Shown here: one piece after another, positions 39,752 to 49,704 of the stretch
Layout of the letters: every line of letters starts with the position of its first letter
Position numbering within the stretch: position 1 is the stretch's first letter
Source: Candidatus Latescibacterota bacterium
GTDB lineage: Bacteria; Latescibacterota; UBA2968
DNA length: 64,000 nt
Assembly (NCBI GenBank): GCA_965204745.1
Contig: OZ242010.1
Span: forward strand, 1,792,001-1,856,000
Direction: 5' to 3'
Notes under the pieces: generated by a model
Databases searched by the model: none
What the model saw: the letters and a program-made list of their open reading frames with translations, nothing else
What the model was told of the DNA's origin: nothing
Program-made: the position numbers and the translations under genes

Positions 39752-40777
39752 ATGAGTTTTACGCGCATTCAGCCCATTCCCAGTGCGGAGGAAATCGAGG
39801 CGCGGTTGCCCCTGCCCGATGATTTGAAGGCCATCAAAGCGAGGCGAGACGCGGAGATTCGGGCGATTTTTGAGCGCGAGAGCGATAAGTTCTTGCTGAT
39901 CATCGGCCCGTGCTCCGCGCACAATGTCGATGCGGTGTGCGAATACGTCAACCGCTTGGCGAGGCTTCAAGATCAGGTGCGGGACAAATTGGTGCTCGTA
40001 CCGAGGATTTACACCAACAAGCCGCGGACGACCGGCGAGGGGTACAAGGGCATGGCGCATCAGCCGGATCCCAAGGGCACGCCCGATATGGTCATCGGGA
40101 TCAAGACCATTCGGCAAATGCAGATTCGCGCATTCCGCGAGTCGCACCTCACCGCTGCCGATGAGATGCTCTATCCCTCCAATCTGCCCTACTTGGAGGA
40201 TTTGCTGAGTTATATTGCGGTGGGCGCGCGCTCCGTTGAAAATCAGAATCACCGCTTGACCATCAGCGGCGTGGATGTGCCCGCGGGCATGAAGAATCCC
40301 ACTGGCGGGGATTTGGACGTGATGTTCAACGCCATTTACGCGGCGCAGATCCCGCATGTGTTTTTCTACAACGGCTGGGAAGTCCGCACCTCGGGCAATC
40401 CGCTGACGCACGCGGTTCTGCGCGGGATGGCGTATCAGGGACGCAGCATCCCCAATTATCACTACGAGGATTTGATCCACATCGCCGAGCAATATCACAC
40501 GCGCAAGTTGGGCAATCCAACGTTGATCGTGGATACCAACCACAACAATTCCAACAAAGTATTCTCGGAACAGCCGCGCATTGGCCTCGAGGTGATGCGT
40601 AGCCGGCAACATTCTCCGCTCCTTTGCAACATAGTGCGCGGGTTGATGGTCGAAAGCTATTTGCAAGAAGGATCGCAAAAAGCAGGCGAAGGCATCTTCG
40701 GCAAGTCGATCACGGATCCGTGCTTGGGCTGGGAAGATACAGAGGTCTTTGTGAAGGAATTGGCAGAGGTGGTGTAA
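39752..40777 (+). CDS. 3-deoxy-7-phosphoheptulonate (DAHP) synthase, class I
   Basis: IGPCS, KPRTTGEGYKG, VGARS, GMKNPT, SITDPCLGW. Confidence 0.95.
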   Translation: MSFTRIQPIPSAEEIEARLPLPDDLKAIKARRDAEIRAIFERESDKFLLIIGPCSAHNVDAVCEYVNRLARLQDQVRDKLVLVPRIYTNKPRTTGEGYKGMAHQPDPKGTPDMVIGIKTIRQMQIRAFRESHLTAADEMLYPSNLPYLEDLLSYIAVGARSVENQNHRLTISGVDVPAGMKNPTGGDLDVMFNAIYAAQIPHVFFYNGWEVRTSGNPLTHAVLRGMAYQGRSIPNYHYEDLIHIAEQYHTRKLGNPTLIVDTNHNNSNKVFSEQPRIGLEVMRSRQHSPLLCNIVRGLMVESYLQEGSQKAGEGIFGKSITDPCLGWEDTEVFVKELAEVV

Positions 40778-40864
40778 TATCCATCTGATTGTCCGTATCC
40801 CGCGTCCCATCAGGGCTGAATGAGGAATTGGGAATGCCCTTACCCCACCGATTCACATTTTGAT

Positions 40865-40892
40865 TTGACAATTTTTCGCGGTTTCGTAGTAT
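40865..40892 (+). promoter_or_regulatory. sigma70-type promoter
   Basis: TTGACA-N16-TAGTAT upstream of AAAGGAG and the ATG at 40942. Confidence 0.55.
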
Positions 40893-40999
40893 GTCTAACA
40901 ATGTCGCCCATCTCAAATTCATCTGCAAAGGAGCGTATTTCATGTCGCGTTTAGACCTTTTTGGCAGAGGGTTTTATGTCTATAAAAAACAACAACTTA

Positions 41000-41018
41000 C
41001 CCCCCCCCCCCCCCCCCC
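41000..41018. repeat. C19 homopolymer
   Basis: 19 consecutive C. Confidence 0.95.
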
Positions 41019-41033
41019 GAAAAATGCGATGCC

Positions 41034-41903
41034 ATGCGGCATAGGACGAGGAAAAAGATGGCCTCGGTTATCGCGCTGACAATCGCGTTGATCGCGCTCG
41101 GAACAGTTCCGATGCTGGCTCAAACGCCGACGGTGACGATCAGCCCTAGGGGCAATTACAGCAGCACTTGCTCCGGGGCGGACGCCATCGCGGGTGATCG
41201 CGACTGCGATTGGCCCGGCTTGCAGGTCGATGAGGGTGACCGCGTGGAGTTCGTCATTCGGTTGCACGATGTTGCCGCCAGGGCTTCGCGGGCGATCCGC
41301 GTGTCTTATTCCGCTTCTGGAAGTGCGTATAATGTGGATGACTTGCGCGGCGGGTTGTTGGGAAGTACGCTCAGTCGGGACGATATTCCCAGTTCGGCTG
41401 AACGCACTATCTTGGAACGGTATCCCTACAACGCGCTGTCATTCAGGATCGCGCGAGATGCCGATGCCGGCGACGAGGCCATCACCATGACATTGATCGG
41501 CGTTTCCACGGCGTCTGGGGTCAACGCCTACACCATCGGCACGCCCTCAGCCGCGACGGTCGTCATTCGCGGCTCTGCGTCGAGTGCGAACAGCGCGCCC
41601 TCCTTCGGCGACCATGCGGTGACGGACAAGACCTTCACCGGCCTCAACGTTGCGATTCCGGCATTCCAACTACCCGCGGCAACAGGCGGGAATGGCGCGC
41701 TTGCGTACACGGCTTTGGACTTGCCCGCGGGCCTGACGCTCGACGACACGGGCAACGGGGCTTGCTCGGCCCCGCGCACGATCTGCGGCGCGCCCATTGC
41801 CGGCGAAACCGTCCGCGTGACCATCACCGCAACGGACGAGGATGCGGACAGGAGAAGTAGCGACGAGGCCACCCTGTCCTTCAGCATCACCACCGGCGGT
41901 TAA
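41034..41903 (+). CDS. secreted Calx-beta / Ig-like domain protein (true start probably 40942 across the poly-C tract)
   Basis: signal peptide, VDEGD..F, YTIGTPSAATVVI, LPAATGGNG..LPAGL. Confidence 0.75.
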   Translation: MRHRTRKKMASVIALTIALIALGTVPMLAQTPTVTISPRGNYSSTCSGADAIAGDRDCDWPGLQVDEGDRVEFVIRLHDVAARASRAIRVSYSASGSAYNVDDLRGGLLGSTLSRDDIPSSAERTILERYPYNALSFRIARDADAGDEAITMTLIGVSTASGVNAYTIGTPSAATVVIRGSASSANSAPSFGDHAVTDKTFTGLNVAIPAFQLPAATGGNGALAYTALDLPAGLTLDDTGNGACSAPRTICGAPIAGETVRVTITATDEDADRRSSDEATLSFSITTGG

Positions 41904-41967
41904 AAACATCGCCGCGGATCATCCCGGCCTGGTCGATCCCTGGACAGAAAACAATGAGGAGCGAACA

Positions 41968-43287
41968 ATGGCAGATTCCCCGAATCTCCTCGTCATTCAC
42001 ACCGACGAGCAAAGTTGCTGGACCTTGAGTGCTTATGGCGGCACACTCATCCACACGCCCCATATTGATTCGCTGGCAGACGAGGGCGCGATTTTGACGA
42101 ATTTTATGGTCAATGTTGCGGTGTGTACGCCGTCGCGAGGCGTGTTCCTCACCGGGCGGTACGAGCATGTTCACGGCGCGTATCGCAACAATATCCCGCT
42201 CAACCGCGATGAGATTACATTTGCACAGGCGTTGAAAGATCGCGGCTACGAAACCGGCTATGCGGGCAAATGGCATTTAGATGGCACGCCGCGGCCCGGG
42301 TGGGTCCACCCCGAGCGCACGATGGGGTTTGACGACGCGGAGTACATGTTCAACCGCGGGCACTGGAAGAAAATCGAAGACGCGACGATGGGCGATATGC
42401 AGCCCACGGCGTTCAATTACAAGACGATGGGCGATGAGAAGACGTATCCCACGGATTGGTTGACCGAAAAGACGTGTGCGTTTTTGACTCGGGACCGGGA
42501 GCGTCCGTTTTGTTTTATGCTGAGCATTCCGGACCCGCACCCGCCGTTCACCGTGCGCCCGCCCTACGATACCATGTACGACCCCGGACAGATGCCGTTG
42601 CCCGAGACGCGCCATGAGGAAAATCGGCCGAGTTGGGTATCCTCAAGGCAAGCACCCAATGACGATGTCCTACGCAAGCACACGGCCAATTATTGCGGCA
42701 TGGTCAAGCTCATCGACGATTGCGTGGGCAAAATGCTCGACGCGTTGCGCGAAAAGGGGATTTTGGACAATACCATTGTGGTCTTCACGTCGGATCACGG
42801 CGAATATCTGGGCGAGCACGGGTTGATGGGCAAGAATCAACTGTATGAAACCGCGTATCGCGTGCCCATGTTGATCCGCTGGCCCGAGAAAATCGCGCCC
42901 GGAACGCGGGTTGATCAGTTGGTGGGATCGGTCGATTTTATGCCGACCATTTTGACCTTGATGGGATTTGAACCCCGTGGTCGAGAGCACGGCCGCGACG
43001 CGTCCGGCCTGTTGCGCGGCGACGCGGTGGAATGGGACGATGTGTGTTATATCCACCACGACGCGAATCGCGCTGGCGTGTTCACGCCCAATTACGAACT
43101 GGCTTATGTGAAGGGCCACGAGGCCATTCTCTTCGACCGCGAGAACGACCTCCTTCAGGTGAACAATCTGTTTGACGCCCCCGAACACAGCGAGATGATC
43201 GCGGCCCTGACAGCGGCCCTCGCGGCGCATCACGCATCGGTCAATTCCCCGGCAACAGCGTGGTTGCGGGAGAAAGCAACCACATAA
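41968..43287 (+). CDS. sulfatase
   Basis: CTPSR, GKWHL, FTSDHG. Confidence 0.95.
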   Translation: MADSPNLLVIHTDEQSCWTLSAYGGTLIHTPHIDSLADEGAILTNFMVNVAVCTPSRGVFLTGRYEHVHGAYRNNIPLNRDEITFAQALKDRGYETGYAGKWHLDGTPRPGWVHPERTMGFDDAEYMFNRGHWKKIEDATMGDMQPTAFNYKTMGDEKTYPTDWLTEKTCAFLTRDRERPFCFMLSIPDPHPPFTVRPPYDTMYDPGQMPLPETRHEENRPSWVSSRQAPNDDVLRKHTANYCGMVKLIDDCVGKMLDALREKGILDNTIVVFTSDHGEYLGEHGLMGKNQLYETAYRVPMLIRWPEKIAPGTRVDQLVGSVDFMPTILTLMGFEPRGREHGRDASGLLRGDAVEWDDVCYIHHDANRAGVFTPNYELAYVKGHEAILFDRENDLLQVNNLFDAPEHSEMIAALTAALAAHHASVNSPATAWLREKATT

Positions 43288-43409
43288 GAACGGGGATGAA
43301 AGGCAAGCGCGTAGCAGACCTCTTCTCTCTTGTATCTGTGGGCGAATCGCCCCTACACACACCGCTCGTCCTTTGAACTAGCTGTTGTCAGTTGTACCCC
43401 GCTCGTGGC

Positions 43410-44191
43410 TAGGTTGTGTTGACATTTGCGAGCCATGCAACGGAATGGGGGCTTATCGAGAAGATCAAGCCCTATCGCAGGATATGCTCTCGATTTGAGA
43501 AACTCGGACAATCGCTCCTTATCGGGACCTACCCCCCTAGCCCCCCTTCCTGCGAGGAAGGGGGGAACGGTGAGCGGTTTTGCGAGGGGATTGATGAGGG
43601 ATATTTAATCGCTTTATGCCCTCGGTCAATCCATCAGAGCAACCAGAGTGAGAAGCCATCAAAGGAGCTTTACTCCCCCTTTCCTGCGAGGAAGGGGGGA
43701 ACGGTGAGCGGTTTTGCGAGGGGATTGATGAGGGATTTTTAGTCGCTTTATGCCCTCGGTCAATCCATCAGAGCAACCAGAGTGAGAAGTCATCAAAGGA
43801 GCTTTACTCCCCCTTTCCTGCGAGGAAGGGGGGAACGGTGAGCGGTTTTGCGAGGGGATTGATGAGGGATTTTTAGTCGCTTTATGCCCTCGGTCAATGC
43901 CATCAGAGCAACCAGAGCTAGAAGTCATCAAAAGAGCTTTACTCCCCTTTTCCTGCGAGGAAGGGGGGAACGGTGAGCGGTTTTGCGAGGGGATTGATGA
44001 GGGATTTTTAATCGCTTTATGCCCTCGGTCAATCCATCAGAGCAACCAGAGCGATAAGCCATCAAAGGAGCTTTACTCCCCCTTTCCTCGTAGGAAAGGG
44101 GGCCGGGGGGATAGGTCCCCTCGCGCAACGCCATCAGAGCAATTTGCTACTCTGTGCGGAACGTCCAAAAATAAAATGTCAACACGACCTA
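43410..44191 (+). mobile_element. IS5-derived MITE with tandemly amplified cargo A
   Basis: TAGGTTGTGTTGACATT..AATGTCAACACGACCTA; TA duplicated; transposase remnant IEKIKPYRRICSRFEKL. Confidence 0.88.
43549..44085 (+). repeat. 4 x ~134-bp tandem repeat
   Basis: units start at 43549, 43683, 43817, 43952. Confidence 0.92.
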
Positions 44192-44223
44192 AATTCCCCT
44201 CTTACGCCTTTCCCGGAGGATAT

Positions 44224-44703
44224 ATGGCATTTGACGCACGGCTACAGCGCGATATTATGGGGCGGTTTGCAACCGGGGTCACGGTTGTGACCACGCGATA
44301 CCAAAACGGGGATATAACGGGTATGACCGCCAATGCGGTGATGTCGTTGTCCTTGGAGCCACCGCTCGTTGTGGTGTCAGTGGATAAATCGGCGACCATG
44401 CACAGCGCGCTGTCGGACGGTCAGTGTTATGCCATCAATATCCTGACGCGCGAGCAAGAGCATTTGTCCAACCGATTTGCCGCGCCAGGGCCAAAGGATT
44501 TTTCCGACCTCAAATTGCGCGAACGCAAAACGGGCGCGCCGATTTTGGATGGCACGCTCGGGTATCTCGATTGCAAATTGGTGCATGTCCTGCCGGCTGG
44601 AGATCACGATATGTTCGTCGGCGAGATTGTGGATGGCGAGGTGGGATCGGGCGCGCCGTTGTTGTTTTACAGAGGGCAGTATCGGGGGATTGCTGAGGAG
44701 TAG
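44224..44703 (+). CDS. flavin reductase family protein
   Basis: GRFATGVTVVT, MSLSLEPP, AGDH, PLLFYRG. Confidence 0.93.
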   Translation: MAFDARLQRDIMGRFATGVTVVTTRYQNGDITGMTANAVMSLSLEPPLVVVSVDKSATMHSALSDGQCYAINILTREQEHLSNRFAAPGPKDFSDLKLRERKTGAPILDGTLGYLDCKLVHVLPAGDHDMFVGEIVDGEVGSGAPLLFYRGQYRGIAEE

Positions 44704-44821
44704 GCGAAAAAAATAAAACGAGCGGTAATGAGACGTAGGGGCGCGGCCCCTGTGCCCGGCCGTAGATGCGAGAAATAGTGAACCGCTATCGCAGTTGTAC
44801 CCCGTTCCGCCTATTCGCCCC

Positions 44822-46501
44822 TCATACATCGACATACACTTCCAAAAATCGCTTTTCCCCTTCTGTGCTGCCGATGAGGATGATTTCCGAAGCTCTTGGC
44901 AATGGTTTATTGGGGGCGGGAGGCGTGCCATTGACCGCGATGACCGTGCAACCCGTGTTTTTGCGGATGGATGAATTGGCGATGGTTTTGCCGACGAGGG
45001 ACCGGGGAATTTTCATTCTGAACACGCTGAGGCCCTCGGGCAAGGTCAGGGTGTCGCTGCGTTCTAAGAGGTTGAAAATCGCGTCCGCGCCCATCGACGC
45101 ATACGACATGACGAAATCCGCGCCCGCGCGATGCAGGGTCGCGATGTTTTTTTCTTGCGAGACGCGGCTGATGATCTGAATTTCCGGATTGAGTCGGCGG
45201 CAATACACCGTGAGATACACATTGATATCGTCGTCATGCGTGGTGATGATGACGGTCAGCGCGTTCATAATATCGGCTTGTTTTAAGACCTCAAAATCCG
45301 CGGCATTGCCCACGATGCAGTTGTCCAACCCTCGAACTTGTTCCGGATCTTTTTCCACGATGCGGTAGTCGAGGCCGAGTTCGGTGAGGGTGCGTGCGGC
45401 TTCTTTGCCGACCCCGCCGCCGCCGATGATGACGACCGGCGCGGTCGAGGTTTTGTAGATGCAGAACAATTCGTTGAACCGATCTAATTGATGCTGTGAG
45501 CCTGTGAGCACGAGGACGGTGTGCGGGCCGATGGGCGTGTCCGGCAGTGCGGATTGAAAAATGCCGCGTTCCCAAACCCCGATAGCCGTGAGGCCCAGGT
45601 TTTTTCGCAAGCCGATTTCCTCGAGCGTTTTGCCCACGAGGGGCGTGTGGGTTACGGTGGTTTCGGCGATGATCAGTTCTTCGTACTGGCCGATCACATG
45701 CGCGGCAGCGTCTCCGCTTTGGGTGCGCCGAGCCAAAGACGCGCCGAGCATTTTTTCGAGTTGTAGCACATGCGTGCAACCCGCCAATTTGAGAATATCG
45801 ACGGAACGCGGGTCGTCTGCGCGGGCGATGATCGGCACAGTGGGATTGAGTTCGCGCACGGTAAAGGCGACGTGCGTGTTGATCGGGTCCGTATCTGTTG
45901 CGGCGACGAGCGCGGCTTGTTCGATCTGCAATTTCTCGTAGGTTTCCGGATTGTCGAAATCCCCCACGACGACCTCGATGCCTTGGTCGTGGAGTTGCAG
46001 GGCATCCGCCACGTCTGGCATGAGGAGATAATAAGTGTAGTGGTAGCGATCCAACTTGTTGATGAGGCTTTGCACAAGGGGGTCGTAGTGGGTCAACAAG
46101 ACATGCCCCCGGGTATTTGCGGGCAACTGACGCGGGGCGCGGTCTTCGGATTGGGCTTGGATCCACGGCGCGTAAAAAAACTGGATAAAGGCAAAGGGCA
46201 GGACGATGAGCAAAAAGACCATGCCAGTGATCAAGACCAGCACAGAGAACAACCGCCCCAAATCGCCCTGAAAGGTGATGTCGCCAAATCCCAGGGTGGA
46301 CATGGTCGTCAGCGTCCAATACAGCCCGGTAATCCAACTCGCCTCTTGACCTTCGCGGAGCATGAGAATGCGGAAAACGACGCTGAAGAGCGCGACGATG
46401 ATCGCCAAGGTCAACAACAACTTGAACAACGTGCGGAGATTCCGCCGATTGGCGCGCTTGTGCATCAACTGGGAAAGTTGTGTGACAACGCCTTTGAACA
46501 T
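44822..46501 (-). CDS. potassium channel with TrkA-N/TrkA-C (RCK) domains
   Basis: TMSTLGFGD filter; two RCK modules. Confidence 0.92.
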   Translation of the reverse strand: MFKGVVTQLSQLMHKRANRRNLRTLFKLLLTLAIIVALFSVVFRILMLREGQEASWITGLYWTLTTMSTLGFGDITFQGDLGRLFSVLVLITGMVFLLIVLPFAFIQFFYAPWIQAQSEDRAPRQLPANTRGHVLLTHYDPLVQSLINKLDRYHYTYYLLMPDVADALQLHDQGIEVVVGDFDNPETYEKLQIEQAALVAATDTDPINTHVAFTVRELNPTVPIIARADDPRSVDILKLAGCTHVLQLEKMLGASLARRTQSGDAAAHVIGQYEELIIAETTVTHTPLVGKTLEEIGLRKNLGLTAIGVWERGIFQSALPDTPIGPHTVLVLTGSQHQLDRFNELFCIYKTSTAPVVIIGGGGVGKEAARTLTELGLDYRIVEKDPEQVRGLDNCIVGNAADFEVLKQADIMNALTVIITTHDDDINVYLTVYCRRLNPEIQIISRVSQEKNIATLHRAGADFVMSYASMGADAIFNLLERSDTLTLPEGLSVFRMKIPRSLVGKTIANSSIRKNTGCTVIAVNGTPPAPNKPLPRASEIILIGSTEGEKRFLEVYVDV

Positions 46502-46737
46502 ATCTGTAAGCCCTCGATGAGTGCGACAAAACAAACGAATCGGCGGACGGGGCATGATCGCGTAGTGATTTTGGGTGGATGGGCTGGGCGGCCTTCTTGC
46601 CTCTCCCGTTTCCCGTTTCCCGTTTCCCGTCTCCCGTCTCCCGTCTCACCGAAGGGAGTGAGCGGGGCGGAAAGTATAGCGTACCACCATTGTTGTGTCA
46701 ATTTGGTTATTTGCCGAGTTTAAGCAAGGAGTTCAAA

Positions 46738-48171
46738 ATGTCATCTGATATGCGGTACAATATCCTCCTCATGATTTCGGAAGACAACGGACAGCACTTG
46801 GGCTGTTATGGCGATCCCCATGCACAAACGCCGCATTTGGACGAACTGGCCTCTGAGGGCGTGCGCTTTGAAAATATGTACGCCACGCAAGCCGTGTGTA
46901 GTCCCGGGCGGGCGAGTATTTTGACCGGGTTGTATCCGCACCAGAATGGTCAGTTTGGATTGGCAACCCACAAATACGCGCTGTACGATCGGTTTCCCAA
47001 CCTGCCCGAGTTGTTGAAAAACGCGGGGTATCGTACCGGGCTGATCGGCAAATTGCACATCAACCCGGAAGATGCTTTTCCCTACGATCTGTGGCAAAAT
47101 CCCAAGGCGTGGATCAGTTTTGCCAACCGCGACGTCCACAAAATGGCCGAGGTCGCAGGCGCGTTTATGAACTCGTCGGATGCGCCGTTTTTCTTGCAGA
47201 TGAGTTTTCCAGACGCGCATCTGCCGTTTCACCGCCAACAATTCGGGGTGCCCGCACGGCCGCTAGATGGCAAAGACGTCGCGCCGCTCCCATTTGTCGG
47301 CATTGATACGCCGCGCCTCAGAGCGGAGACGGCGAATTATTACAACTGCATGTCCAGGTTGGATACGGGCGTGGGATTGGTGTTGGACCAGTTGAAAGCG
47401 ATGGGCAAGGCGGAAAATACGCTCGTGATTTTTACCACCGATCACGGCGCGCAGTTTTCACGCGGGAAAACATCGAGCTACGAGGGCGGGCTACGCATTC
47501 CGCTGATCGTGCGCTGTCCCGGCATGGGTGAAGGGCGCGTGCGCGACGAACTGATCTCGCAGGTCGATATTTTGCCGACCGTGGCCGACATCGCGGGGAT
47601 CGCATGTCCTCCCGGCGTGGCAGGGGCGTCGTTTGTGCCCCTTTTGAATGGCGAGGATACGGCATGGCGAACCCATCTGTACGCGGAGTGGGGAAGCGGC
47701 GGCGTGGTTACGTATTTTCCACAGCGTTGCGTGCGCGATGGGCGATTCAAGCTCATCGCCAATTTGCTCCAAGACCGCCCAAGCCCGAGCGCGCTGGGCT
47801 ATTCGGAACCGACGCAAAAGTGGGCATCTGGCGCGACGCGAGAGGAGATCGCGTGCGCGGATGAGCGCGTGCGAGCGGCTTATGACCTTTATGAACGCCC
47901 CCCCGAGTTCGAGCTTTACGACTTGCAGAACGACCCATGGGAATTTGAAAATCTGTCCGGTGATCGGGCATACGAAGCCGTGTTGCAGGGGCAAAAAAAT
48001 CGCCTTGCAAGGTGGCGAGCGGACACCGACGACGCCTTGCGACACCCCGAAAACCTAAACCGCCTCACGCGGAAACACGACGCGATTCGGGAACAGTACT
48101 ACGCAGAAAGCGCGTGGGGCAGTTCTCGAGACTACGAGTGGGATTACACCGAGTATCTCTACGAGCGTTAA
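46738..48171 (+). CDS. sulfatase (sulfamidase-like)
   Basis: CSPGR, IGKLH, TTDHG. Confidence 0.93.
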   Translation: MSSDMRYNILLMISEDNGQHLGCYGDPHAQTPHLDELASEGVRFENMYATQAVCSPGRASILTGLYPHQNGQFGLATHKYALYDRFPNLPELLKNAGYRTGLIGKLHINPEDAFPYDLWQNPKAWISFANRDVHKMAEVAGAFMNSSDAPFFLQMSFPDAHLPFHRQQFGVPARPLDGKDVAPLPFVGIDTPRLRAETANYYNCMSRLDTGVGLVLDQLKAMGKAENTLVIFTTDHGAQFSRGKTSSYEGGLRIPLIVRCPGMGEGRVRDELISQVDILPTVADIAGIACPPGVAGASFVPLLNGEDTAWRTHLYAEWGSGGVVTYFPQRCVRDGRFKLIANLLQDRPSPSALGYSEPTQKWASGATREEIACADERVRAAYDLYERPPEFELYDLQNDPWEFENLSGDRAYEAVLQGQKNRLARWRADTDDALRHPENLNRLTRKHDAIREQYYAESAWGSSRDYEWDYTEYLYER

Positions 48172-48180
48172 GGAGAAAAC

Positions 48181-49437
48181 ATGGCGCGAACACATGTGGC
48201 ACTTGAAGGGGAAAAGTTTTTGGTGAATGGGCAGTTGACGTATTCGGAGATCGATGGGGCGCGGCCCGACGCGCACGGCTCGCTGATGAATGCGCGGTTT
48301 ATTCAGGGCATTTTTGACGACGCGATGGATCCCGACCGGTTTGCGCGGTGGGGGCGCGGCGAATGGAATGCCATGCAAAATACCGAGCGTCTCGTCGCGG
48401 CATTGCCCGATTGGTATGGCTATGGTTTGCGCGCATTCACGACGGGATTCCAGGGTGGAGGGCCGTGTTTTACGACGCCGAATGATACCATCCAAAACAA
48501 TCCCTTTGGCGAGGATGGCCTGACGTTGGACGCCGATTATGCCGAGCGGATGGACATGTTGATTCAGGGCGCGGACGCAGTGGGGATGGTGGTGATCGCC
48601 AGTTTTTTCTACGGAGCGCAGACGCGCTGGTTGAAGGATGAAAACGCCATCCGCAACGCGGTGACAACGGCTTCGCGCTTTTTGAAAGGGCGTTCTAATG
48701 TGATCATCGAGGTGGCGAATGAAATGAATATCGGCGCGTTTAACAGGCATCTCATTATTCACGAGCCAGCGGGGATGGTGCAGTTGTTGGATTTGGCGCG
48801 CAAAGAGTCGGGCGGCCTGCCCTGTGGATGCAGTGGCGGAGGTGGATACCGCGACCGGGATGTCGCAAGTGCCAGCGATGTGATTCTCATTCACGGCAAT
48901 GGCTGTACGCGACAGCGGTATTACAACATGATTCGAGAGGTGCGCGGGTGGAACTTGAATCGGCCCATTGTTTGCAATGAGGATTCGCAGGCCATCGGGC
49001 AACTCGAGGTGGCGTACAAAACGCAGACGTCGTGGGGGTATTACAACAATATGACCAAGCAGGAGCCGCCCGCGGATTGGGGCATCACGCACGGAGAGGA
49101 TACCTTTTTCGCCCATCGTATGGCAAAGGGCATCGGCATCCGCGTGGATGAGATCGCGCCGGACGACCAATACTACTTGCAGGGCTTAGAACCCGATTGG
49201 GCGTATCGGGGGCAACGCTGGCTGCGCTTGGCGAGCCTGTATCCCGAATCGATCAGCTATGTCGATTTTTATCGCAATGGCGAGTTGTACTATACGGCTT
49301 ATGACGAACCCTTTGCCGTGCATTTTCAAACCAACTGGCGCCAAGGCGGCATCGCGGTTCAAGACGATGATAGCGAGTGGAAAGCCGTTATCCACCGCGG
49401 CGATGGGGAGGTTCTTGAAAAGACCGTTCAAGTATAG
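48181..49437 (+). CDS. hypothetical protein, probable clan GH-A glycoside hydrolase fold
   Basis: EVANE (acid/base-like) and IVCNED (nucleophile-like). Confidence 0.6.
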   Translation: MARTHVALEGEKFLVNGQLTYSEIDGARPDAHGSLMNARFIQGIFDDAMDPDRFARWGRGEWNAMQNTERLVAALPDWYGYGLRAFTTGFQGGGPCFTTPNDTIQNNPFGEDGLTLDADYAERMDMLIQGADAVGMVVIASFFYGAQTRWLKDENAIRNAVTTASRFLKGRSNVIIEVANEMNIGAFNRHLIIHEPAGMVQLLDLARKESGGLPCGCSGGGGYRDRDVASASDVILIHGNGCTRQRYYNMIREVRGWNLNRPIVCNEDSQAIGQLEVAYKTQTSWGYYNNMTKQEPPADWGITHGEDTFFAHRMAKGIGIRVDEIAPDDQYYLQGLEPDWAYRGQRWLRLASLYPESISYVDFYRNGELYYTAYDEPFAVHFQTNWRQGGIAVQDDDSEWKAVIHRGDGEVLEKTVQV

Positions 49438-49458
49438 ATAGCCACAAAAGGCACGAGC

Positions 49459-49602
49459 GGGGTACAACTGGCGACAGCCAGTTCAAAGGCACAAAAGGGG
49501 TACAACTGGCGATAGCCAGTTCAAAGGCACAAAAGGGGTACAACTGGCGATAGCCAGTTCAAAGGCACAAAAGGGGTACAACTGGCGACAGCCAGTTCAA
49601 GG
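49459..49602 (+). repeat. 4 x 38-bp tandem array of palindromic repeat R1
   Basis: GGGGTACAACTGGCGA(C/T)AGCCAGTTCAAAGGCACAAAA at 49459, 49497, 49535, 49573; no spacers. Confidence 0.95.
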
Positions 49603-49606
49603 ATAC

Positions 49607-49647
49607 AAAAGCCCGTCTCCGCGGAGGTAAGCGGAGACGGGCTTTTT
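49607..49647. terminator. bidirectional intrinsic terminator
   Basis: AAAAGCCCGTCTCCGC..GCGGAGACGGGCTTTTT between convergent genes. Confidence 0.88.
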
Positions 49648-49704
49648 GTTATGACGAACTCGCTGTTGTGGTACAGCAAAAAATGCCCGAACCATTGACG
49701 CGGC

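Noticed and set aside
43549-44085. CRISPR-like or coding repeat
   Set aside because: Whole units are near-identical; overlapping ORFs are translations of the repeat.
43897-44223. N-terminal extension of the flavin reductase
   Set aside because: MITE sequence; the RBS GGAGGA precedes ATG 44224.
49459-49602. CRISPR array
   Set aside because: Units are contiguous with no unique spacers, the same unit is dispersed singly, and there are no cas genes.
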